In this document: positions 53,248 through 64,000 of the stretch, one piece after another
How positions within the stretch are numbered: position 1 is the stretch's first letter
Layout of the letters: every line of letters begins with the position of its first letter
Origin: Vicugna vicugna
Taxonomy: Eukaryota
NCBI GenBank assembly: GCA_013265495.1
Contig: MU058000.1
Span: forward strand, 372,001 to 436,000
DNA length: 64,000 nt
Direction: 5' to 3'
The notes under the pieces: generated by a model
Told to the model about the DNA's origin: nothing
The model's input: the letters and a program-made list of their open reading frames with translations, nothing else
Database searches by the model: none
Position numbers and translations under genes: made by a program

Positions 53248-54567
53248 TCACTGTTCAGAGTCCTCAAATAGCAGCTCCATGCATTCAGTGGAGGTTTTAT
53301 ATCTGTACTCAGCAGGAGAGTACGCTAATCTGTATCTCACCTGGGACCAGAACTCTGGTTTGTTGGTTTAAGTAAAAAAAATATTGACTTTCCAAAATTC
53401 ATTAATAGCAAGCTTTTTGATCCGTCTCTGGGAAGGTAAGGTTTCTAAGCAACAGTAAACAACTAAGAAACTAAGCAATAACTCCACACACAGAATCAAG
53501 AATGCCTAAGAAATAAATCATATTCAATAAAATTTGGCTTCAATAAGATGAGAAAAGGCAAAGAACCATGTGTATAAACTTCTTTGGTCAATTTATAGTA
53601 TCAGCAACTGTTTCACTAATACCAGTGTATCTCACATACACTTTCTCAACAAAACTAATTCCATCCTTGATTGAGCTCGTCGTCAGAGAGGAAAAAAAAA
53701 AAGCATGCTAAAAATAGTCACTAGGAAATTCTTAAAAGATACGTACTATTACTTCCACAAAGAGACCAGAATAAAAATAAAGTAGGGACAGTGATTACTC
53801 AAATATAATAGCTACCAAATATTCAAATAATTAGCTTACATGCAAATGAAAAACAAAACTTAAAAAAAAAAAAAAAACCCCAGCAACAACCCTGGTAAAA
53901 ATTCTAAATGCTGCAATTTAAGGCAGCCGTAAATTTTGGAAATCATTTATAAACGATCCCATTTAGTTTTTTTCAGATACTTTCTTACTCCAAATTGGCC
54001 TTTCTTTTCAAACTAAGAAAATAAATCCCCTAATATAACATAGACAACAAAAAATACATGCAAATTTGGTCATGAATAGGTAACTGCAATCAATCACTTA
54101 GCTGCATGGTTGAGCAGAAACTGGAAACATCTGAATATTTCGTCTAACATTTAGTTTTGTTTTCACCTGACAGTAAAGAGTTGGTATTTAGCAATCACGA
54201 TGCACACAGCACTGGTGACTATGGAGACAAGTTGTTTAGATTTATGTATAAATTTAGATATATCTATAAAGTTGACGTTTTTAACAAATTGAAGTACTTC
54301 AATTTACAAATGTTAGAGATCAGTTTGGCAAAATCCAGGACAAAAGTAGAGGCAGAAAAAAGGTCATTTTAAAAATCTTGTCCAGGATAATAATGTTACC
54401 CATAGGCATAAGCGCTTTCTGCTTGACTTTCCTTCACTGCCTATTTCTCCACAGAATGCCAAGGTTGATCTGCCAAAAGACTACAAAATAGATTGGTTGT
54501 AGAGTTAATTTTATCAGCTCTATTTTGCCTCCTTACAGTCTATTTATCTCCTATTAAAACTAGAACA

Positions 54568-54632
54568 AAGAGAAGGAAGAAGGAGAAGAAGAAGGAAGAG
54601 GAGGTGGGAGAGGTGGAGGAGGAGGAGGGGAG
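54568..54632. repeat. GA-rich (GAA/GGA)n low-complexity tract
   Basis: Seen directly. Confidence 0.85.
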
Positions 54633-55329
54633 TTTTATAAAATTAGAGAGCAAATTTATGGTTTGTACACTTTTCCGGTCTCACCATCTGTTGCTAAAAT
54701 GTATTTTTTAAATGACTGCTGCTATTTTATTTTCTATTTACCAAACAGATCATTAGATCTGACTGCCATGCCTAACCTCTTTCCAGACGCTGATTTATGG
54801 AAATATAAGTCCACAGTAACATTCTTGAAATTCAGAAACCCCCTTTCAAGTGATACATCATATTTATCTATGTAACTACTTTATTTTTAAATGAAATCTC
54901 ATGTATTCAGAGCTCATATATGATGCATATTCTAAAAGAATTTTTTAAATATCCCATATAATATTTTGAATGTTAATAAATGAATATGCATGGAAAATGG
55001 AAGGTGCTCTTAATAGTACATTACTATATTTTAGATGAGTAGACAATATAGTCATGAATATAAGAGAAGGGGAAAAGTAATATTATGTATGCAGTCTAAT
55101 TTAGCATTAACTCTGAAGTCGAAATAATTGGATACACCTACCACTGTGAATGTTACGATATATTATGTTGTTTATAGTCACAATAACACACAAGAGACTG
55201 AAGTTAGGCCCGAAGAATTCAAGGAAAGAAAAGTAATACTGAGTGCCTATAATGTACCAAGCACTAATATAAAGAACATAGAAATACTTGAAGACATGGA
55301 TTATTGGATGAATTAAAGAAATAACAAGA

Positions 55330-55545
55330 ACATACATGCTTAGCAAGTGTCTAAAATAGTGTAATCACTTTAATAAATGTTAGTTATAATGAGGTATATA
55401 TGATTTTGTTCATTTCTCATATTAAACGCAAGTTCAGAAAGCTTTAGTAACTTGCCCAAAGTTATTGAGATGGTTTCTAGTGGAAAAAAATCAGGATTCA
55501 ATTTTAAGTCTGACTCCAAAGTCTACATTTTTCCACCAGTCTCAA
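55330..55545 (-). mobile_element. MIR SINE
   Basis: TTAGTAACTTGCCCAAAGT...CAGGATTCAA...AAGTCTGACTCCAAAG. Confidence 0.6.
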
Positions 55546-56719
55546 AGCAAAATTTTGTAAAAAATTATTCTCCTGTTCAGTAGTTTCATGAGAGATTTGG
55601 CAATACAATTTTAAACATAAGACTCTAAGAACCTAATTCCTAAGATCTGAAATATATTTACAAAAAGAAGGTCCTAACAGAATCTGTTCCATTACAATTT
55701 CTTACCTATAGACTCTTACTACTTTATGTTAAAGTTAAGTAGTAACTTAATAACTTTAAGTTGTTAACAGTAGAGTTACTTAACATTAAAGTTAAGTAGT
55801 AACAAAAGACTGAACAGTTCTCACCTTTAAGACAATTAGTAGAACTCAGCTAGAGAGAAAGGCATGGATGTTACAAGCAGCCTGTGCCTGGCTCTAAATC
55901 ATTATTAACACTATCCTTCTGGGGTGTCACTAAATACATTTGACAACTGAAACCCACTGAATGTAAGAAAAACCCTGGACTTTGTTATTTAACATTCAAA
56001 TTCTTCCAAAGTTCACGTGCCAGATAGTAACATCCTATTATTCCCAAAGGGAAATTTTAATCAGAATACTTAATTAGAAGAAAATTGTCTATAAATGCAA
56101 ACCTCTAAGCTCTAATATTACTATATATTAACCAATCTTTACCTTAAACATGTACTTAATGAACCTGCTGATTTGAACCAAGAGAACTGTTTTTTTCTTA
56201 CATCCCCAATATTAACTACTTTAGCCTTATCAGCTGCATTCCAAATTTCCACTGCAGAAGGTATTAGTTTTTTATGTTGAATACTCTTTCTTGAGGGCAT
56301 GCCATTTTTATAGCTTTAACATGAAAACAGACCTCTCCTCTCATGAATAAGAACACACAGTTCTAGAAATATTTTAAACACTAAGCTAATCAATTGCACT
56401 ATTTAACACAGGAGTATAATATGTTCCAAATCTCCACAGAAAGCTTTCAAATAAAACCTTCCCCACAGGTCCTCTTTGACCCAAATGTTCTCAGACCTCC
56501 CAACAAATTTACAGCATGAGAAACAACCGGACATTGTACCAGCTGTAATATTAATGATTTGCCTGAGAGTGGCCTTCTGGTTTTTAATCAATTAACATAA
56601 TCTCCAAAATCTAGTTTATCAATGTGAATTATATAACCCTTCAAACTCTGAATCCAAAATCCCAACTTTCAGAAATATAAATCCACAGCATCATGAAAAT
56701 GCAGGCAACCATGGCTCAC

Positions 56720-56925
56720 TGAGGTAAGTGAATCCTGATGCTGGGTTCTGGGATAACATCCTAGCCTCGGCTCCATCACTGACCAATTGTGAGGCCCTGG
56801 GCAGGTTAGTGAGCCTTCTGTGCCCCCAGTGTTTTTATCTTATAAATAAAGATAACAATAGTATCTAGCTAACAGAACTGTTGAAAGAATTAAATGACTT
56901 AATACAAAAAAATAGTGCTTGTAAA
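56720..56925 (+). mobile_element. MIR SINE
   Basis: CCTCGGCTCCATCACT...CCTGGGCAGGTTA...CTGTGCCCCCAGT...AGAATTAAATGA. Confidence 0.7.
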
Positions 56926-57312
56926 CTAAACTTATGCAGAAATTCCCAGAGACTATGAAAAGGTAGGTGCTGCTCCTCTTTGAAACACCACACACCCCAC
57001 TGCTGATCCTCTAACGCTGCTCAACTCCTCGTAGAGAAAGGCCTTCACATGTAATAAGCAAAAACTTAAATTTAGGGTTGGAGGTTATAAAGATTCAAGA
57101 AAATAATGAAATTATGTGCATCCAAGGAAAAGCAGTCAAAAAAGTGACTCATGACTCTTGATTTGAACAGGAATAATTCTCACCATTCTCTTGCTGAAGG
57201 AGATCATCTAAGGAGGAACACAGTGCATCAAATATTTATATAGCTCCTCACTCACTGGCAAGTTATCTTCACAAAATTAAACCCCAATAAAATAACTGTT
57301 TAAGTTCATGTA

Positions 57313-57559
57313 CAGTTGACCCTTGAACAACACCAGTTTGAACTGTGCTAGTCAACTTACATGCAGATTGTTTTCAATAGTAAACACCACAGCATACATG
57401 ATCCAAGGTTGGCTGAATCCACAAATACAAAACCAGATACGGAGGAACTACAGATAGGGAGAAATCTCAGACACAGAAGGCCGACTGTAAGTTATACAAA
57501 AATTTTCAACTGCACTTAAGGCAGGCACCCTAACCCCTGTGTTGTTCAAAGGTCAACTG
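57313..57559. mobile_element. MER8/Tigger2-like MITE
   Basis: 21-bp TIRs CAGTTGACCCTTGAACAACAC / GTGTTGTTCAAAGGTCAACTG (1 mismatch); TA on the left flank. Confidence 0.85.
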
Positions 57560-58301
57560 TGTAACACATCCATTTCCTGAGGTTTAACAATAGTATCATT
57601 TATAAAGCCTAAGCTAATAATAAAAGTTCTTGTCTTCCCTAGAACAAAACAGCTGATCTCATTTCCTAGGAAATCTCTTATATTTTAAAAGAGAAACAGT
57701 AATTTCAATGAGAAAATGGGTATTTCAGATGGTGAAATTTTTTAATAGTTGAACATTGGTTAAAATGGATTAACCCTGTCATAGGATGTTTAAAAAAAAA
57801 AACAGATTTCACAGCAAGAGAACTTGCATGAGTTGGAGCACAATCTCAAAAAGAAAGAAAATTAAAAAAATTACTCTCCAGCATCCCTCCCTAAACAGAA
57901 CACACAATGATTGAAAAGAAAAAAGGAGCATAATATTACCATGTACTTAAAGGACTTAAAGAATATAAATAGAAAGACTTAGATAAACCATGATAGGTGG
58001 CACATTACATACCTTCCCTTTTGGGCATGCTCATTTTACTGCTGTATTTCATAACAATAAATATTTTAATGCTAAGAAAGGAATTTGCATTGAGGAGCCC
58101 AACAGAATCACCTGTTTTGAGAAATACTGTTTCTGAGCTGCACATCTTCCCACAGATTACGGCATGTGCTCCTCCAGGTAGCTTACAGGTGGTAGGGTGA
58201 AAATCATTGCTCTATTGATGGAGTATAACATAAAGCAGTGAGTGACAGACATCCTTCTCTGTATGCTGGGTGGAAAACATCATTGAGAACCAACCATTTT
58301 T

Positions 58302-59862
58302 TCTTAACATTTTTTATTGATTTATAATCATTTTACAATGTTGTGTCAAATTCCACTGTAGAGCACAATTTTTCAGTTATACATAAACATATATATATTC
58401 ATTGTCACATTTTTTTTCTCTGTAAGCTACCATAAGATCTTGTGTATATTTCCCTGTGCTATACAGTATAATCTTGTTTATCTGTTCTACAATTTTAAAA
58501 TCCCGTCTATCCCTTCCCACCCTCCACCCCCTTCGGCAACCACAAGTCTGTATTCTCTGTCTATGAGTCTATTTCTGTTTTGTATTTTTGCTTTGTTTTC
58601 TTGTTTTTGTTTTTTAGTTCCACATATGAGCAATTTCATATGGTATTTTTCTTTCTCTTTCTGGCTTACTTTGCTTAGAATGACATTCTCTAGGAGTATA
58701 CATGTTGCTGCAAATGGCGTTATTTTATCAGTTTTTATGGCTGAGTAGTATTCCATTGTATAAATATACCACTTCTTCTTTATCCAGTCATCTGTTGATG
58801 ACCATCTAGGCTGTTTCCATGTCTTGGCTATTGTAAATAGTGCTGCTATGAACATTGGGGTGCAGGTGTCATCCTGAAGTAGGGTTCCTTCTGGATATAA
58901 GCCCAGGAGCGGGATTCCTGGGTCATACGGTAAGTCTATTCCTAGTCTTTTGAGGAATCTCCATACTGTTTTCCATAGTGGCTGCACTAAACTGCATTCC
59001 CACCAGCAGTGTAGGAGGGTTCCCCGTTCTCCATAGCCTCTCCAGCATTTGTCAATTTGTGGATTTTTGAATGATGGCCATTCTGACTGGTGTGAGGTGA
59101 TACCTCACTGTAGTTTTGATTTGCATTTCTCTGATAATTAGTGATATTGAGCATTTTTTCATGTGCTTATTGATCATTTGTATTTCTTCCTTGGAGAATT
59201 TCTTGTTCAGGTCTTTTGCTCATCTTTGGACTGGGTTGTTTGGTTGTTTCTTATTAAGTCATATGAGCTGCTTATGTATTTTGGAGATCAAGCCTTTGTC
59301 GGTTTCACTTGCAAAGATTTTCTCCCATTCCGTAGGTTGTCTTTTTGTTTTACTTATTGTTTCCTTTGCTGTGCAAAAGCTTGTAAGTTTCATTAGGTCC
59401 CATTTGTTTATTCTTGCTTTTATTTGTTCAAAGAGAAAATTTTTGAGATGTATGTCAGATAATGTTTTGCCTATGTTTTCCTCTAGGAGGTTTATTGTAT
59501 CTTGCCTTATGTTTAAGTCTTTGATCCTTCTTGAGTTGATTTTTGTGTATGGTGTAAGGGAGTGTTCTAGCTTCATTGTTTTACATGCTGCTGTCCAGTT
59601 TTCCCAACACCATTTGCTGAAGAGACTGTCTTTATTCCATTGCATATTCTTGCCTCCTTTGTCGAAGATGAGTTGACCAAAAGTTTGTGGGTCCATTTCT
59701 GGGCTCTCTATTCTGTTCCATTGGTCTATATGTCTGTTTTTGTACCAATACCATGCTGTCTTGATGACTGTAGCTCTATAGTATTGTCTGAAGTCTGGGA
59801 GAGTTATTCCTCCAGCCTCTCTTTCTCTTCAGTAATGTTTTGGCAATTATAGGTCTTTGATG
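58302..59862 (-). mobile_element. Young 5'-truncated L1 (ORF2 C-terminus and 3'UTR) with perfect 17-bp TSD
   Basis: ORFs 59259..59696 (QLIFDKG...[10 protein letters not shown]) and 58487..58987 ([12 protein letters not shown]...MEYYSAIK); TSD GAGAACCAACCATTTTT at 58285-58301 and 59863-59879; TT|AAAAA site on the minus strand. Confidence 0.95.
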
Positions 59863-60789
59863 GAGAACCAACCATTTTTAACAAAACAAGAATTTGGGTA
59901 AAATGAAGAGGAGTTTCTAGACCAGACAAGGAACAGCCTGAAGCACAAAAGGAAAGACTTTCGTTTTTCTGTGTCCTATTTTTAATATGAGTGGCTTTAC
60001 ATTCCATGCACTTGCAACTCTGATGGAAATGAAATAGCTGTTGGGTTTATTTACTTCCCATATATAAAACCACTGCCTCAGGGTTCAGCATTATTCAATT
60101 CTAGGCCTACCACAGAGGCTTACTGCCACAGAACAACTCACTTTGTGTTTTAAGCGCTTACCTGTACAAAAGTTTCTCTGTTACATAATTTTATTCCTCA
60201 ATTGCTCAATTCCAAGGAAATTTGCCACCATATGTAAGCATCTAATATTCAACATGACAAGGTAGGTTTGTTCTCTGCTACTAGTTAATAATGTTTTTAA
60301 TTTTTTTACTTATAAGCTAAAGAGCAAAGAATTAACTCCCATTATTAATAAGGTAGGCAAATCTAAAATATCTTATAAGCTACCCAAATGTACAAGATCT
60401 ATGGCTCCATCTGTAAAATACAACATAAATCATAAAAACTTTGTAGATGCAAGAGTTTATTTTCTAAATGAAAGCAGTAGAAAACACTACGAGAGAAAAA
60501 ATGTTCCCTGTGCTCAAGCAATTAGCTTCCAATTACAAGCAAATAATGATGACTATACTTTTTCTTTGTAACAAGAAAATAACAAACCATCGATTAAACT
60601 TGGAATTTATTTGACAACTCAGTGCAGCACAGATATATATAAAACTATCATTATAGTACACATGTAAGACTAGGCTTATTAGAGTTGTATACTCATAACT
60701 GGAAACATGAAGGAACAAATTTAACTGGTTTACCAAGAGTTTACAGAGATGAGTTAGCCAATCCTAAAAGAAGGAAATGAAGTATCTAG

Positions 60790-61230
60790 AAAATTTTTAA
60801 GCACACATACCCTTTAACCCAGGAACTTTATATTCCCAAGAATTATACATTATTACACACAAAAGCATGTGTACAGTAATGGTCATTGCTGCATTGTTTA
60901 TATCAGCAACAACCAAAAACCCAGACGCATCTATACTATGGAATATTACAACTATTCAAAAGAACGAGGTGGAGTTACTGCGTCCTATGAAAAATGATAT
61001 GATACATTATTAAATGAAAATAAGTTGCATAACGTATTTCACATGATGCTGTTTTTTTAAGCAATCATATGTACACTTATACCTGCATAGAAAATGTTTG
61101 GAAAGATATACAAGAAGCTGTCAAAACTGTTATCTCTTTGGAGTGGAACTAAAAAGGGCTATAAGATAGGAGTTTTATTATTTATTTGAGCAATGAGCAT
61201 GTCTTACTTCAAAATAAACCATCCTTAAAA
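60790..61230 (+). mobile_element. Old L1ME-type 3' end
   Basis: CATACCCTTTAACCCAG...ATGGTCATTGCTGCATTGTTTATA...CTATGGAATATTA. Confidence 0.6.
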
Positions 61231-61519
61231 TTCTTAACTCCCCACGAGGGGTATCCATGGTCCAAATTTAGTCTCAATTTAATTTATATCCTGAATTCTT
61301 CCCCCTCTGACTTAAAGCTTTCAAATTCAGTGGAATCTAATCTATATAAAGTTGGCAACCATCTGATAAGCTAAATTTAAACTACAAAATAATAAAGCAG
61401 TCTAAAAGCTAAAGATGCTCACAATGGTCATCCCCTTTATCTCACATCCTTACTCCTCAACAACTGAATTTCCAAAAAGGTGGTTAGGAGAAAATGTAAA
61501 CACATGTAAGCATTCTTAC

Positions 61520-61606
61520 GTGTTCTATAGCACTCGCCTGTCCATTACTATAGTCGCGATACCGTCCAAGCATCTGGTCGACTTGTCGCAGGTTCCGACT
61601 AGTGTC
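61520..61606 (-). CDS. CEP128: CEP128 coding exon 2 (87 nt, DTSRNLRQVDQMLGRYRDYSNGQASAIEH)
   Basis: Acceptor ttttttccttaag|GAC, donor CAC|gtaaga; phase 0/0; continues the CEP128 sequence. Confidence 0.95.
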
Positions 61607-62770
61607 CTTAAGGAAAAAAATGGACTTTATTAAAAAAAAAAGGACTTTATTAATTGTTCCAAACAATATTTTTCCCAATCAGTCTCAGCAGTATATCAAG
61701 CAGGTAGCTCCACCATTAACAAAAGGTACAACTTATAACTATGCTGGATATCACTATACTTAATAAATATCAAATCTTAATAATATCACTGACAGAGAAA
61801 TTCAAATCTTCCCACAATTTACTTGTTTGAAATCTGAAGCATATAATTTCAAACCTTATCCAAGGTTCCATAATAAGTTGGCAACAAAACGGTAAGCTGA
61901 AAAGAATCCTCATTATCAATCTGTGCACCTCAACTAATTCACACCCTCTACAGTATAGGAATCCTAAGAGAACAAATCCAGTAGACTGTGTTCAAAAGAA
62001 GCAAGTCATTAGGATCAATGTTATTTCAATTATTAGTTCACCTCAGAATTCAATTAGGAGGAAAGAAAACAAAGTATCCTTTAATCTTTATTTATTAACA
62101 ACAAAATTTAGTTCCAATTACAATAAAAATGGTTTCCACCTAAATATGTTAGATTTCCTCGGAGAGATGAATGGAGGCATTTCTTTCAAAACTATATACT
62201 TACTAATGTGTCTCATTGGTGGGAAAGTAAAAACTTTATACTGCAAAACTCCATTGTCACGTTAATTCAAATAAATTTAAAAAGAAAAAGCCTTCTAAGT
62301 TCTAAGTCAAATTATGGTCTTTCGACCAGAAATTAGCCTCTTCTTAGCTAAGTGTACTAACCCAAGCAACTGAAAGCCAAAATCCATGCTTATCCAGACA
62401 AAGCAGAAGAGGTTAAAAGGTAGGAAAAAAATTCTATTTCTGAGTTTTCTTTTTCCTAGTGTGACCATGACACTCTTCCCTCATCTTTATTTCCCAAAGC
62501 CCTTTCTATGGAGAAGATGTAAACTGCCTCCACTCAAACTTCCAAATACTGTCAAAAATTAGCCTCCAAATAAAAATGGAACCTCAGTATCATTCATCCA
62601 TGAGTAATTTACCTAACCAAAATATAAGCAACTTCTCTAAAAGCACATGTCCACAAGAAGCTAAACCATGGTAATTCCTACTGGTTTCACTCCCACAATA
62701 TTTTATTTGGAAATACTGCCTTATCCCAAAACACTTCCACAACCCATATATTTCAAATATCTTTAATGGC

Positions 62771-63263
62771 TGTTAGGTAGAATAACAGCCCCCAAAGACT
62801 CCAAGTCCTAATCCCCAGAACCTGTGTATTTGTTTCCTTATATGGCAAAAGGGATTTTTGCAGATAAAATAAATTAAGGATCTTGAGATGGGGAGATTAT
62901 CATGGATTATCGGGTGGACGCAAGGCAATCACAAGCATCGTTAAAAGTGGAAGAGGGAAGTAGAAGAGTAGTCAGAGTGATATGGTGTAAGAAGGACTCA
63001 TTCCACTCTTACTGGCTTTGAAGAAGAAGGAAGGGGCCACAAAGTAAGGAATGTGGGCAGTTCTAGAGGCTGGCAAAGGCACAGGAAGAGATATTCCCTT
63101 AGGGCCTCCAAAAAGGAATGCAGCCCTGTTGATATTCTGATTTTAGTCAAGTGAGACCAGTGTCAGATTCTGACCTACAGAACCATCATAAAATATATTT
63201 CTAGGTTTTCTTAGACATTAGTTTTGTAGTAATTTGTTACTGCAGCAAGAAAATAATAATACA
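62771..63263 (+). mobile_element. MaLR LTR (MLT1D-like), 67 nt from the first coding exon donor, antisense to CEP128
   Basis: TG...ACA termini; CCTAATCCCCAGAACCTGTG...TATGGCAAAAGGGA...TTAAGGATCTTGAGATGGGGAGATTATC. Confidence 0.85.
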
Positions 63264-63330
63264 CTGACTGAAACTATTTCTTAGCTTAAACTAGTAAAAA
63301 TCTATTGCATGCAACCATCGCTAAACTAAC

Positions 63331-63477
63331 CTGTAAAGTACTTGTTATAGTGTTGACCTTCTCAGTGACATCTACAGTAGGCCGACTTCGAGCTTCCCTG
63401 TGAATTGAACTGGCAGCCCATCGGCTCAGTCGATCACGAGAGCGGAAGTGGTCTGAATCACTGGAGGATTCTGCCAT
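63331..63477 (-). CDS. CEP128: CEP128 first coding exon, CDS part (49 codons, MAESSSDSDHFRSRDRLSRW...TEKVNTITSTLQ); exon starts at 63492 with 15 nt of 5'UTR
   Basis: ATG at 63477-63475; acceptor ttttttaag|GATT (AG at 63494-63493); donor ACAG|gttagt at 63330; translation matches the mammalian CEP128 N-terminus as I recall it; ends phase 0. Confidence 0.95.
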
Positions 63478-63759
63478 TGATGTACAAAAATCCTTAAAAA
63501 AGAAATTCATGTAAGGTCAATTAAATGGTAATGAGTATAGAAATAAGAGATTAACTATTTACTTTTTGATCTTTTTAAGTATTTATTACATTAGCCCTTG
63601 GGCATATCATAGTTTCTACCACACAGCTTGAAAACACAAGTCACTTCTCCATGCAATTCTCCCTACTTCGTCTTTCCTGCTTTAAGAGAGCAATTCCTCA
63701 GACATTTTAGTCATATTTACAACTCCAAATGATAATAAGTCGCTTAGTTTTATGCAATG

Positions 63760-63950
63760 CTCCTAAATTTTAAAATCTCTTTCACAGGCAGTATCTCACA
63801 TAATCCTACCAGCAACATTGTAAGGTATATGAGACACACAGGTTAGTATCTCCACAATAAAAAAAAAAAAAAAAAACCAACCCACAGATATTCTCCAAGG
63901 CGAGGACCTATAGGTCCCCATATTAGTCCAATGTCTATTCTACTAAGCTA
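63760..63950 (-). mobile_element. MIR SINE (degraded)
   Basis: TATCTCACATAATCCTACCAGCAACATTGTAAGGTA motif. Confidence 0.45.
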
Positions 63951-64000
63951 TGAGAACATATATATCTTTAAACAAAAATACAATACACACAGAATGACCT

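Noticed and set aside
58487..59696. 145-186 aa ORFs as a host gene
   Set aside because: They are L1 ORF2 C-terminal fragments and their antisense shadow frames.
1..64000. Most 60-140 aa ORFs in the supplied track as independent genes
   Set aside because: They are low-complexity, often start at non-ATG codons and overlap repeats or introns. Only the CEP128 exon segments and TE-derived fragments show recognisable protein similarity.
1..64000. Prokaryotic-type systems (CRISPR array, operon, defence locus)
   Set aside because: The sequence is a mammalian intron-exon region; there is no regular repeat-spacer array or gene-dense organisation.

Overview
AT-rich, repeat-dense mammalian genomic DNA, very likely camelid, judging by two tRNA-derived Vic-1-like SINEs and cetartiodactyl-type L1/LTR elements. 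The whole window lies inside the 5' part of CEP128 (centrosomal protein 128) on the minus strand. Seven coding exons (63477 down to 25631; 147+87+127+119+92+73+117 = 762 nt = 254 codons) have canonical GT-AG sites and consistent phases. The upstream non-coding exon(s)/promoter and the later exons were not found in the window. The introns contain L1, L2, MIR, MamSINE1-like, MaLR, hAT and Tigger elements. The most unusual structure is 14450-17303: an ERV1-type retroviral RNA apparently inserted by the LINE-1 machinery (R-U5-internal-U3-R-poly(A), long TSD, TT|AAAA site), carrying decayed env SU and TM remnants and an embedded piece of a second LTR. The 71-N gap at 25886-25956 looks like an assembly artefact. 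Repeat family names come from my recall of consensus sequences, not from a database search, and boundaries of old repeats are approximate.
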